Positions 16,906 through 25,800 of a stretch of DNA of 47,301 nt are shown piece after piece; position 1 is the first letter of the stretch; each line of letters starts with the position of its first letter. The position numbers were made by a program, and so were the translations under genes. Under the pieces are notes generated by a model. It made no database searches. It worked only from the letters and a program-made list of their open reading frames with translations, and was not told the origin of the DNA. This DNA comes from Clostridiaceae bacterium (GTDB taxonomy: Bacteria; Bacillota; Clostridia; Saccharofermentanales; DTU023), in the NCBI GenBank assembly GCA_012518845.1, contig JAAYRJ010000158.1, positions 1-47,301 on the forward strand. Reading direction: 5' to 3'.

Positions 16906-17826
16906 TTATTTCTTTGTCGCTTCGAGACGATATTTTTTTATCATTTTTACTGGAAAATAAGATTCTTTTGCAACCCGTAGGCCAGGATCACCCATATCCT
17001 CCTCACGATTAATATACTTTGTATCTTCTAAATCAGAAAAAGCAATAAATTGATTAATTACCGCATACAAGCCTTCATAAAGAGGATCAGCTTTTTCAAA
17101 ATGCAAAACACCTATTTCTCCGTCATGAATGATTGAACCCATTGAAAATGCAATTAAATCATTATGTAAATATATTGCTCCACCAGTGATATCTAATTCA
17201 TCCCAGTAACTAAACAAAGTATCTATTGGCCCACAATCACTTTCATTAGGATCGTGGCAATCAATGTCTTTTTCCTCACACCATGTACGCACTAATGAAA
17301 CTGCTTTTTCACGATCAGTTTTTTCTAAGCTACGAAAATTAAAATCGGGATATTCACGAATAAATTTATTTACATGATTTCTTTTGACACGAAAATCTTT
17401 ACCTTTTAAATTTGCCAACTTATCTGTTTCATAAACATAATCTGAGAAATCATCATTATAACTCCATTCAAAATCAAAACCTTCCACCTGATTGAAAAGC
17501 TCAACATATTCTTCATCAATAAAAAGACCAATTAGTGGCCAATTTTCATGTTCAAATATTTTTGAAGTTTTTTCAAGAATTTTAGTGAGTTTATCAACCG
17601 TCAACTCACCCAAAGGTAGAGAAAAATGTGGTTTAGTGAAAACCCCACCATCTGAAATCAGGCAAAAACAATCTTCCATAATAAAATATCGATAGTTATA
17701 ACCTTGATCCCAGGCAAAACGACTATTTGGACAATTATCTGCTATCCAGGTCTCACTTTTATTAAAATATTCTTTGTATTTATCAGCAACCTCAATTGTA
17801 AGTGGTTCTAATGCTTGAAATTCCAT
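16906..17826 (-). CDS. DUF2156-family protein (soluble LPG-synthase-C-like / GNAT aminoacyl transferase domain)
   Basis: DYVY..L..LKGK..KRNH, HFEKA and YINREEDMGDPGLR.AK.SY.P motifs. Confidence 0.88.
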   Translation of the reverse strand: MEFQALEPLTIEVADKYKEYFNKSETWIADNCPNSRFAWDQGYNYRYFIMEDCFCLISDGGVFTKPHFSLPLGELTVDKLTKILEKTSKIFEHENWPLIGLFIDEEYVELFNQVEGFDFEWSYNDDFSDYVYETDKLANLKGKDFRVKRNHVNKFIREYPDFNFRSLEKTDREKAVSLVRTWCEEKDIDCHDPNESDCGPIDTLFSYWDELDITGGAIYLHNDLIAFSMGSIIHDGEIGVLHFEKADPLYEGLYAVINQFIAFSDLEDTKYINREEDMGDPGLRVAKESYFPVKMIKKYRLEATKK

Positions 17827-17869
17827 TGATCCTCCTATAATTTATTTATATGTACTTATCTAAAACGAA

Positions 17870-18400
17870 TTAAAGTGATTGTTCAAAGCGACTATAAAAA
17901 ATCTCAAAGATCGTATTTAGTTCTGTTTTATTTCGAATAGAGGTGAAATACTGTTTTTCGCCATCACGATATGTGCGCATAATTACTATCTCAGGTTTAC
18001 TTCCCGTTTTTTGACCAGCTTGATAATTATACATAATAGCGTAATCTATGCCATTGTAACGAAAATTGTCAATTCGAGAAACATAAAAAATATTACCCGT
18101 TTTTTGATCAAGTAAAACTCCAAGCACTTCATCACTAGGTGCCTTGCTGAATTTCCTTAATTGTTTTTTAGGCGGTATTGTGCGTTTTCTAGAATTAGTT
18201 TCACCTTGCAATTTTTGATTTTGAGTGTTTTTATTCGAAGATTTTTTTGCAGGCACAAGAGGTTTTTCACTTGTACCCAGCTTAACATTCCTAGATGACA
18301 AATTAGGTGATTTCATATTCCTACTATCATCATTGGAATGCAAATTTTTATTTACACCTCTTAACGGTCTTATTTTTTTTTCATTTCTTGTATTTTTCAT
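17870..18400 (-). CDS. DUF1292-like domain with basic disordered N-terminus
   Basis: The C-terminal half (FRYNGIDYAIM...FTSIRNKTELNTIFEIF) resembles the adjacent DUF1292 protein. Confidence 0.55.
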   Translation of the reverse strand: MKNTRNEKKIRPLRGVNKNLHSNDDSRNMKSPNLSSRNVKLGTSEKPLVPAKKSSNKNTQNQKLQGETNSRKRTIPPKKQLRKFSKAPSDEVLGVLLDQKTGNIFYVSRIDNFRYNGIDYAIMYNYQAGQKTGSKPEIVIMRTYRDGEKQYFTSIRNKTELNTIFEIFYSRFEQSL

Positions 18401-18452
18401 AAAATTTCGATTTTAGTTGAAAGGAAAATATTGTTTTTACAATAGTTCTGAA

Positions 18453-18779
18453 TTATTCTGACTCGGAAAAATAATCAGCTAAAATTCGATCATACTCATC
18501 GTAAACAATCTCATTTTCCTCATCAGTTAATGTTTCAATAAAAGATTCACCATCTTCAAAAATAACCTTGCCAATTACATAAATGGATGGTTCTTCTTCT
18601 GCTGGAACTAAAACATAATAAAGTTGTTCATTATATTCAAACTCATCACCAATAAAGAAATCAAAAGTTTCGCCTGTTTCATCGTCTATTATTTGAACCA
18701 TAGGGTCTTCTTGCAGTTCTTCATTCTCTGTAGGTAATTGATGTTCATGATCACGATGGTCATTTAAATGATTGTCCAT
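18453..18779 (-). CDS. DUF1292 family protein
   Basis: Acidic 108 aa protein with FEYNEQLYYVLVP, in the canonical position after ruvX. Confidence 0.85.
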   Translation of the reverse strand: MDNHLNDHRDHEHQLPTENEELQEDPMVQIIDDETGETFDFFIGDEFEYNEQLYYVLVPAEEEPSIYVIGKVIFEDGESFIETLTDEENEIVYDEYDRILADYFSESE

Positions 18780-18818
18780 TTATTCCTCCTAGATATTTAA
18801 TATAAATATCTCATTATT

Positions 18819-19253
18819 TTATCTATTTCTATCTAAATAATCTTGTAACAGTATTTCTGCTGCAACTTGATCGACTATTTCTTTTTTATTCCTAGACTTT
18901 GTTCCCAATTTATTCATATATTGATTTGCGATCACCGTCGTATATCGTTCATCCATTAAGATTGGTTCCATGCCAGTTTGTTCGTAAAGGAGTTTGCCAA
19001 ACAATTGAACTTGCTCTTCTTTTTCACCAGCTTTTCCATCAGTCCTCTTGGGCAAACCTAATATTATTTTCGATATACCTTTGTCTTTGATAATCAAGTC
19101 TATTTCTTGGATTATCTCCGACATTTCTTTGCCACGATTATTTAAAGTTTTATAACCAGTCGCAATTATACCAAGTGGATCGCTAATAGCTAACCCAACT
19201 CGCACTGTACCATAATCGATTGCTAAATACCGTTTTGTCATCTTGCAAATCAA
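18819..19253 (-). CDS. ruvX: YqgF/RuvX family nuclease (pre-16S rRNA processing)
   Basis: LAIDYGTVRVGLAISD, GLP, DERYTT and VDQVAA motifs. The start may be ATG 19241. Confidence 0.95.
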   Translation of the reverse strand: MICKMTKRYLAIDYGTVRVGLAISDPLGIIATGYKTLNNRGKEMSEIIQEIDLIIKDKGISKIILGLPKRTDGKAGEKEEQVQLFGKLLYEQTGMEPILMDERYTTVIANQYMNKLGTKSRNKKEIVDQVAAEILLQDYLDRNR

Positions 19254-19256
19254 AAA

Positions 19257-19520
19257 TCAATATTGGTTATCAATATTATCCAAATATTCCGTAATAATAA
19301 CTTCTAACAACTCATCTCTTTCCATCTTGCGAATAATCGCTCTGGCATTTTGATGATTAGTTATATATGTTGGATCACCTGAAATAAAGTAACCAACCAA
19401 TTGATTTTTGGGGTTGTAGCCTTTTTCCTCCAAAGCCGACATCACTTGTGTCATTATCTTTGCAGCTTCAGCTTTACGATTTGTACTCATTAAAAATTTT
19501 GCTGTTTCTTGATTTACCAT
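19257..19520 (-). CDS. ireB: IreB/ReoM family regulatory phosphoprotein
   Basis: [33 protein letters not shown] signature. Confidence 0.93.
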   Translation of the reverse strand: MVNQETAKFLMSTNRKAEAAKIMTQVMSALEEKGYNPKNQLVGYFISGDPTYITNHQNARAIIRKMERDELLEVIITEYLDNIDNQY

Positions 19521-19564
19521 AATTTACCCCATTTCAAATCATTGCACTCATTTTATCATACTCT

Positions 19565-20866
19565 CTAGACAAATAAATCGCCTTTTTCAACTTTTCTGAT
19601 GAAAACATTTTTTACTTGGCCTGAATGACCAGTTTCTTCAGGTAAGTAAACACGTAAATATCTATCTGTAAAACCTCGAATATAATTATCAACGTTATCC
19701 TCTAGGACAACACGCACCTCTTTGCCCAAAAATTTCTTGGCATATTCACTTTGCAATTTTTCAGCTTTTTCAAGCATGATCTCTGATCTTTTCTTAACAT
19801 CTTCGGCAGGAACTTGTTGCATCCTTGCAGCTTTTGTACCTGGACGTACAGAATAAGGAAAAACATGAATTTGTGAAAATTCTATCTCTTCAATAAAGTT
19901 TAAACTTTCATTATATTCCGCCTCTGTTTCTTCTGGAAAACCAACCATTATATCAGTTGTAATTGCAGGCTCTTCATATATTTCTCTAATATTATCTACA
20001 ACCTTACGATATTCTATAGTTGTGTACTCTCTTCTCATTCTCTTTAAAACACTATCACTACCCGATTGTAAAGAAAGATGAAAATGCGGAACAACTTTTT
20101 CTGCTTTTCTAAGCTGCTCTAAAAATTCTTTGTTTACAGATAACGGTTCTAAAGAACCTAAACGAATTCGTTCTAAACCTTTAATCTCGTTCAATTCTAA
20201 ACATAACTCTGCTAAGGCAACACTTGTCTTACCCAATTCTTTTTCAAAAGAACAAATGTGAATTCCTGTCAGAACAATTTCTTTATGGTCATTTTCTACT
20301 AATAATTCTGCCTCACGGATAATGTTTGCTCTGGATCTACTCCGAACTCTACCTCTTGCTAAAGGAATAGCGCAATATGTACAAAAAGCATTGCAGCCAT
20401 CTTGAATTTTAATTTCAGCTCTTGTGTTTTCTTGGCTTGTAACAATACCAAGTTCTTCGTACTCGGTTTCTTTACTAGGTCTTCCAATTGGTCGTAAATC
20501 GTCTTCCAATTCTATTGAAAAATCTTCATCATAAAAGTTTAAGTGCTTAGAAATGAGTTCCAAAAGATTATTCCGGTTAGTAGTGCCAATCACCAAATCT
20601 GCAATTTCAGAAAGATCTTCTAACTGCGAATGACAACCCATGGCTACAGATAAGATATTTGAATTTTGCTTTTTCATTCTACGTAAATATTGCCTTGATT
20701 TACGACCTGCTTCTGCAGTAACCGTACAAGTATTTAAAATTCCAACATCTGCATCTTCGATATTTTGGGTCAGTGTAAAACCAGCTTCTTCTAATTGCTT
20801 GGTTAAGGCTTGATTTTCATAATGATTGGTTTTACAGCCAAGCGCATGCATATATAATTTTGGCAA
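19565..20866 (-). CDS. mtaB: tRNA t6A37 methylthiotransferase MtaB
   Basis: LGCKTN, NTCTVT, KIQDGCNAFCTYC..P.ARG and HVFPYS.RPGT motifs. Confidence 0.95.
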   Translation of the reverse strand: MPKLYMHALGCKTNHYENQALTKQLEEAGFTLTQNIEDADVGILNTCTVTAEAGRKSRQYLRRMKKQNSNILSVAMGCHSQLEDLSEIADLVIGTTNRNNLLELISKHLNFYDEDFSIELEDDLRPIGRPSKETEYEELGIVTSQENTRAEIKIQDGCNAFCTYCAIPLARGRVRSRSRANIIREAELLVENDHKEIVLTGIHICSFEKELGKTSVALAELCLELNEIKGLERIRLGSLEPLSVNKEFLEQLRKAEKVVPHFHLSLQSGSDSVLKRMRREYTTIEYRKVVDNIREIYEEPAITTDIMVGFPEETEAEYNESLNFIEEIEFSQIHVFPYSVRPGTKAARMQQVPAEDVKKRSEIMLEKAEKLQSEYAKKFLGKEVRVVLEDNVDNYIRGFTDRYLRVYLPEETGHSGQVKNVFIRKVEKGDLFV

Positions 20867-22771
20867 TTATCTTCTCCTTTTGTCTCTTTTATGTTTTTTT
20901 GTTTTTCTCCTACGAGATCGTTGTCTCTTAGATAAACTTTTTTTTGATCTGGAACGAGAGGATTTTTGTCTTCTATCTTTTCTTGATTTGCGTCTTGACT
21001 TATTTGGTCTATTTTTTGATTTGTTATTTGATGATACGGTTGCAGTAGCATGATCAACAAGTGCAAAGTCAATAAAGCGTTTATTGATATCCACAGATGC
21101 TATTTGAACCGTTATATCTTGCCCGATTGTAAGCACATCACCAGTAGTACGGTTAATTGCTATTAATTGTTCAGGATCATATTCATAATAACCATCTAAA
21201 GTCCTAAAAAACAAAGCCCCTTCGATACTAGTCTCTAATTCGACAAACATGCTTGCGGGTGAAAAACCAGAAATTTTTCCCGGATATACTTCACCAATTC
21301 TCTTCGCATAATATTCAACTGCCTTTTGATCTACAGTATCCCGTTCAGCTTCAATTGCAATTCGCTCAGTATCTGAGACATGATCACCTATTTTATTTGC
21401 TTTCTTAAAGTCACCTTTAGAAAATGTTCTATTCTCAAGTAACCAAGCCTTTAAATGACGGTGGGTTACAGTATCTGAATAACGTCTAATTGGTGCTGTA
21501 AAATGACAATAGCTTTTAGAAGCTAAGCCAAAATGTCCTAGATTTTTTTCTGTATAACGTGCTTTGGCAAGTGATCTTAATAAAAGAGCAGATAATGTTT
21601 GTCCATATGGCTCATCTTTCATTTGTAAAATGGCCTCTGCCAATTCAATTGGTTTTGGTTCCTCGCTAATCCTCACTTTGATATTAAAACGTTTAGCCAA
21701 TCTTTGAAAATTTAATAGTTTTTCTGTGTCAGGCAATTCATGCACTCGATAAAGAACAGGTATTTTTTTCTTTGTAGCTAACTCGGCTGTGAATTCATTG
21801 GCTGCAATCATAAACGATTCTATCAAATGGTTAGTATATAGATCTGGTTCTGGATAGATTTTGATTGGGTTGCCTTTAGCATCTAATTCAATTTTTGTTT
21901 CTGGGAATTCGAATTGCAAAGCCCCACGTCTTTCACGCATATTTTGCAAGATATCAGTTAGTTCCTGCATTAAAAATATTTTTTCAGTAAACCATTTAGG
22001 CCTATCAGAATCAGCAGACTCACCATCTAAAATAGCTTGGGTTTCAAGATATGATGTCCTAAGTTTACTTTTAATTATTGATGGATACAGCTTGCCGCCT
22101 ACAGTTTTACCTTGAGAGTTAATTTCCATATCGGCTGTAATAGCAAAGCGATCCTGATTAGGGTTTAAACTACAAATCCCATTAGATAATTGAGGAGGAT
22201 ACATAGGTATTACTCGATCTACTAAATAAACACTATTACCACGTTTTTTGGCCTCTTTATCTAAAGAACTATTTTCTCTAACGTAATGACTCACATCAGC
22301 AATATGTACATATAATCTAAAATTTCCATTAGAAAGTTTTTCTATATCTATTGCATCATCTAAATCTTTTGCATCTTCACCATCAATCGTTATTGTTAAT
22401 AGATCACGTAAATCGACCCTGCCCTTGCTTAATTCATCTGCAATTTCTGTTTGTGAAATCTCTTTGCCAAAGCTTTCAGCCTCTCTAATAACTTTGTCAG
22501 GAAACTTTTGAGGCAAATTATAATATCTCATAATTGCCAAAATCGCAGTATCTGGATTATCTTCTTCACCTAATACTTCTGTTATTTCACCATAAGCCGT
22601 GCCTTTAGTATCAATACCTTTAAATTTTGCAACAACTTTCATATTGAAAGGAGCACCATTTAAAAGTTTTCTAGGAATAAAAATCTGATTACCTATCTCT
22701 TCATCTTTACGATCGAGTTCAACAATCCCGTTTCTGCCTTTTTGTCTAAGCATTCCTACTAAATTTGTCAT
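20867..22771 (-). CDS. rnr: Ribonuclease R (N-terminally short form)
   Basis: TIDGEDAKDLDDA, HIADVSHYV, HFTAPIRRYSD, S1 domain and K/R-rich tail. Confidence 0.95.
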   Translation of the reverse strand: MTNLVGMLRQKGRNGIVELDRKDEEIGNQIFIPRKLLNGAPFNMKVVAKFKGIDTKGTAYGEITEVLGEEDNPDTAILAIMRYYNLPQKFPDKVIREAESFGKEISQTEIADELSKGRVDLRDLLTITIDGEDAKDLDDAIDIEKLSNGNFRLYVHIADVSHYVRENSSLDKEAKKRGNSVYLVDRVIPMYPPQLSNGICSLNPNQDRFAITADMEINSQGKTVGGKLYPSIIKSKLRTSYLETQAILDGESADSDRPKWFTEKIFLMQELTDILQNMRERRGALQFEFPETKIELDAKGNPIKIYPEPDLYTNHLIESFMIAANEFTAELATKKKIPVLYRVHELPDTEKLLNFQRLAKRFNIKVRISEEPKPIELAEAILQMKDEPYGQTLSALLLRSLAKARYTEKNLGHFGLASKSYCHFTAPIRRYSDTVTHRHLKAWLLENRTFSKGDFKKANKIGDHVSDTERIAIEAERDTVDQKAVEYYAKRIGEVYPGKISGFSPASMFVELETSIEGALFFRTLDGYYEYDPEQLIAINRTTGDVLTIGQDITVQIASVDINKRFIDFALVDHATATVSSNNKSKNRPNKSRRKSRKDRRQKSSRSRSKKSLSKRQRSRRRKTKKHKRDKRRR

Positions 22772-22992
22772 AATTGTTCCTTAATGTTATATATAAATTT
22801 ATCCACAACAAATCAATTGCGAATTACTAACTGCGATTAATCATTATATCGTATTTTGTATTAGTTTTATGTTAAATAGAAGATTTGTTGTCATTTGTTA
22901 CAAATTGTGAAAATAATAAGTAAAATTATTTTTAGATAAATTGTGTAAGAATTGTATAAAAATTCTGAATCAAAACTTAATTTTCAAAAAAC

Positions 22993-23026
22993 AAAACCCT
23001 TGAAACACTGATGCATCAAGGGTTTT
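22993..23026 (-). terminator. Terminator after the tRNA cluster
   Basis: AAAACCCTTGA-N12-TCAAGGGTTTT inverted repeat, followed by a T-tract on the minus strand. Confidence 0.75.
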
Positions 23027-23031
23027 CGTGT

Positions 23032-23107
23032 TGGTGGGAGTTACAGGACTTGAACCTGTGACCCCCTGCTTGTAAGGCAGGTGCTCTCCCGGCTGAGCTA
23101 AACTCCC
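23032..23107 (-). tRNA. tRNA-Val(TAC)
   Basis: 76 nt, GGGAGTT...CCCACCA, anticodon loop CTTACAA, GTTCAA T-loop. Confidence 0.97.
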
Positions 23108-23112
23108 ATTAA

Positions 23113-23188
23113 TGGTGCCTGGTGTCGGAATCGAACCAACGACACGGGGATTTTCAGTCCCCTGCTCTACCGACTGAGCTAACCAGGC
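23113..23188 (-). tRNA. tRNA-Phe(GAA)
   Basis: 76 nt, GCCTGGT...AGGCACCA, anticodon loop CTGAAAA. Confidence 0.97.
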
Positions 23189-23227
23189 TTAAAACAATAA
23201 TCGGTCACTCGGTGAAGCGACCGATTA

Positions 23228-23304
23228 TGGCGACGCAGAAGGGGCTCGAACCCTCGACCTCCAGCGTGACAGGCTGGCATTCTAACCAACTGAACTACTG
23301 CGCC
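23228..23304 (-). tRNA. tRNA-Asp(GTC)
   Basis: 77 nt, GGCGCAG...CTGCGTCGCCA, anticodon loop CTGTCAC, G discriminator. Confidence 0.97.
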
Positions 23305-23332
23305 AAGTCAAACTTTTCTTAAGTGCCTGATT

Positions 23333-23361
23333 ATAGTAGCAGAGCAAAAAAATAAAGTCAA
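23333..23361 (-). promoter_or_regulatory. sigmaA promoter of the tRNA operon
   Basis: TTGACT-N17-TACTAT (overlapping TATAAT) with extended TG. Confidence 0.7.
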
Positions 23362-23506
23362 CCCAGTTTTAAAAAATGTTATTAATTGCAATTTAAAAAG
23401 TAAATTCCTGTTCCATGTATCTATTATCAAGGATTAAGTCTTTCAAAATAAATCAATAGTAAAAGTGTTTGCTACCGTCTTTATTGCATTTATCAAACAA
23501 TTACTA

Positions 23507-24880
23507 TTATTCAGTGCTTGCCACCCATTCTTCTAAGTCATCAAATAATTTAAGAGTTTCTGCTTTACTTTTTTTATTAAAAATGAGGTAAGAAAATTTA
23601 TCTGTATCTGCTAGTTCTATTATTATTTTTTCATCAATTTCATTATTTAAATAAGCGCGAGTTGAACCATAGTCTTCAAAATCGAATTGACCAAAAGCTC
23701 TATTAATTCCACCTACCCCATTTATCCGCACTCCATTCAGAGGTTCTGAAGTAATTCTAATTTCAGCTACATCATTAGGTGAGATACTATATCCATAAAA
23801 AGGAATTTTTATTTCTAGATTTTGATCAAGCTGGATCTCAAAGTCAATCAAAGTTACGGTAAGTATGAGAATAACAGCTGCAATAAGTATGATCAATACA
23901 CCAAATGCAATTGCTTTACCAAGAGGTTGCCCAACATTGATAGTCGTGCCCATGCCACCTAATTGTTTTGGGACAAAAATGCGGCAATCATGCGGATTGT
24001 TATAAAATCCCCATTTATAGGGTGCTCCTTCTCTTAAATGTGTTATTTCACTAATATTTAATTCATCTTCAATTTTTCTACGTTTAGTTTGAGTAACAAA
24101 GATTACTATGCTAATTGCTATTAGAAAAATCACAACTGAAACTATAAAATAAGTTGATTGATACGGAAAAAAGTAGAGATTAAACGCAGTAACTATAAAG
24201 AAAATAGTAGTAATTAATTGAATTAATAAGAAACTTCTACCCTCTAATTTTTCCATTTTAGCCGCATAAGTTTGATTCAAGTTGGAGTCATCGAATAAAA
24301 CATGTTGACGACGCTTAATAGAATTAGGATAAACAATTGGAATAATTATTAATATTAAAGGCATTATAACTAACATTGGCCATAGTTCAGATGATTGTTG
24401 ATTGTCAAAGAACAAAAACAACAAAGGCAAAAAACTTAATAACCAAATCAGCCAAGCATAGACTCCTGATGGAGCAGCTTTACCTCTTTCACGTGTAGCT
24501 TTAAGATCGGCAGAAACAGAAGTTTCTGGCTCATATTGCCATTGATTCTTTTTCTTTAATTCTACTAGCTTTTTCTGTCCGTTTGTCAGCAAATACCAGA
24601 CTAAGAATAAATATACAAAAAATATTGCCAGAGTAAAAAAGTCAACCCAAGGTTTGATCAAATCGAGTGAACCTAAAAAACTTAAAAGAAAGAAAACAAT
24701 TCCTAGTAAAATCATCTGCCAACGAATGCGTCTTACTAATTTTTTTGTTTCAATGTGCTGGGCATGTTCCTCTGAAAATGTAATCTGTGCAATGCTAAAA
24801 TTGTTATAACGAAATAAACCTAGAAAAATGATAGTAAAAAGAAGAGAAATTAAAGAAAAGATTATTTGTAAAATATTCAT
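23507..24880 (-). CDS. DUF5808-containing polytopic membrane protein with C-terminal bacterial PH-like domain
   Basis: KWGFYNNP.D.R.FVPK..G.G.TIN motif, about 8 TM helices, C-terminal RINGVG....GQF. Confidence 0.75.
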   Translation of the reverse strand: MNILQIIFSLISLLFTIIFLGLFRYNNFSIAQITFSEEHAQHIETKKLVRRIRWQMILLGIVFFLLSFLGSLDLIKPWVDFFTLAIFFVYLFLVWYLLTNGQKKLVELKKKNQWQYEPETSVSADLKATRERGKAAPSGVYAWLIWLLSFLPLLFLFFDNQQSSELWPMLVIMPLILIIIPIVYPNSIKRRQHVLFDDSNLNQTYAAKMEKLEGRSFLLIQLITTIFFIVTAFNLYFFPYQSTYFIVSVVIFLIAISIVIFVTQTKRRKIEDELNISEITHLREGAPYKWGFYNNPHDCRIFVPKQLGGMGTTINVGQPLGKAIAFGVLIILIAAVILILTVTLIDFEIQLDQNLEIKIPFYGYSISPNDVAEIRITSEPLNGVRINGVGGINRAFGQFDFEDYGSTRAYLNNEIDEKIIIELADTDKFSYLIFNKKSKAETLKLFDDLEEWVASTE

Positions 24881-24886
24881 ATTGGT

Positions 24887-25255
24887 TTAGCCTCCTATTT
24901 GCTTTAAGATATTCAAAATTTTTTCACGAAACTTTTTTATGTTTTTAGTTTTTGACAAACCCTCGGATAAAATTACTTCAAGCCTTTGCCAATAGTCATC
25001 GGATAATTCTATTAAAGGTTGTTCAGCGACTTTTGTACCCTCTCTTCTATTGCTAACTAACATACCTTCTTGTTTAAGCAGAGTATAAGCTTTGTTAACG
25101 GTCATATGATTAATCCCTAAGTCATCTGCCAACTGTCTTACAGATGGCAAGCGTTCCCCAGGCTCTAATTTCCCATTTGCAATACCTACGACAATTTGGT
25201 CGCGTATTTGCTGATAAATTGGAACTTCAGATATTAAATCAACTTTGATAATCAC
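24887..25255 (-). CDS. GntR family regulator (YtrA subfamily)
   Basis: PIYQQI..I..G.L.PGERLPSVRQLA..L.IN.MTV.KAY; 122 aa. Confidence 0.93.
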   Translation of the reverse strand: MIIKVDLISEVPIYQQIRDQIVVGIANGKLEPGERLPSVRQLADDLGINHMTVNKAYTLLKQEGMLVSNRREGTKVAEQPLIELSDDYWQRLEVILSEGLSKTKNIKKFREKILNILKQIGG

Positions 25256-25305
25256 GATTTTACTCCATCTTTTGACAATAATTAGATCTCATTCATTGTA
25301 TTTCT

Positions 25306-25326
25306 TGTATTATATGTGCTAATACA
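25306..25326. promoter_or_regulatory. YtrA-type GntR operator palindrome
   Basis: TGTATTA-N7-TAATACA about 50 nt upstream of the gntR start. Confidence 0.7.
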
Positions 25327-25358
25327 CTAAATGTAAAGCCAAATTTTTAATTACTGAC

Positions 25359-25387
25359 TTGCATGGAATATTTTTTATGCGTATAAT
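25359..25387 (+). promoter_or_regulatory. sigmaA promoter of secG
   Basis: TTGCAT-N17-TATAAT. Confidence 0.7.
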
Positions 25388-25453
25388 GAACAACGTGCAA
25401 AATTTTGTTTAATAAACATAAATTAATAAATACATGGTAAATAGGAGTATTAG

Positions 25454-25696
25454 ATGGGTACATTAGCAATCGTAATTTCTGTCCTTACAATTATCGTAGC
25501 AGTAGTTTTAATAATTTTAGTTATTTCACAAGAAGGGAACTCTCAAGGTTTGGGTAGTTCTATCGAAGGTGGTTCAGATACGTTTTTTGGCAATAGTCAA
25601 TCCAGAACTAAAGAACAACTTCAAAAACGTTTGACAGCAGTTTTCGCTGTGCTGTTTGCAATACTAACTATAGTTCTTTATTTACTTACTAAGTAG
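25454..25696 (+). CDS. secG: Preprotein translocase subunit SecG
   Basis: 80 aa, two TM helices flanking QEG..QGLG..I.GG....FG. Confidence 0.93.
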   Translation: MGTLAIVISVLTIIVAVVLIILVISQEGNSQGLGSSIEGGSDTFFGNSQSRTKEQLQKRLTAVFAVLFAILTIVLYLLTK

Positions 25697-25734
25697 TAAT
25701 TATATTATTTTAATAATAATCGATAACTAATTTT

Positions 25735-25767
25735 AAAAAACAGATTGTAAAATTCAATCTGTTTTTT
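25735..25767. terminator. Bidirectional terminator between secG and rho
   Basis: A6-CAGATTG-N7-CAATCTG-T6. Confidence 0.85.
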
Positions 25768-25800
25768 ATTTTCTAATATAAAAACTAACTCAGATAAATC

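Noticed and set aside
22772-22990. Perfect DnaA box TTATCCACA (22799-22807) and AWTTGT repeats as a possible origin or operator array
   Set aside because: It is a single box (another occurs inside a CDS at 7910-7918), there is no dnaA context, and the short repeats are expected in very AT-rich DNA.
22993-23304. tRNA cluster as an integration site for an island
   Set aside because: I found no integrase and no duplicated tRNA 3' end in the window.
23122-23322. 66-aa plus-strand ORF
   Set aside because: Antisense reading of tRNA genes.
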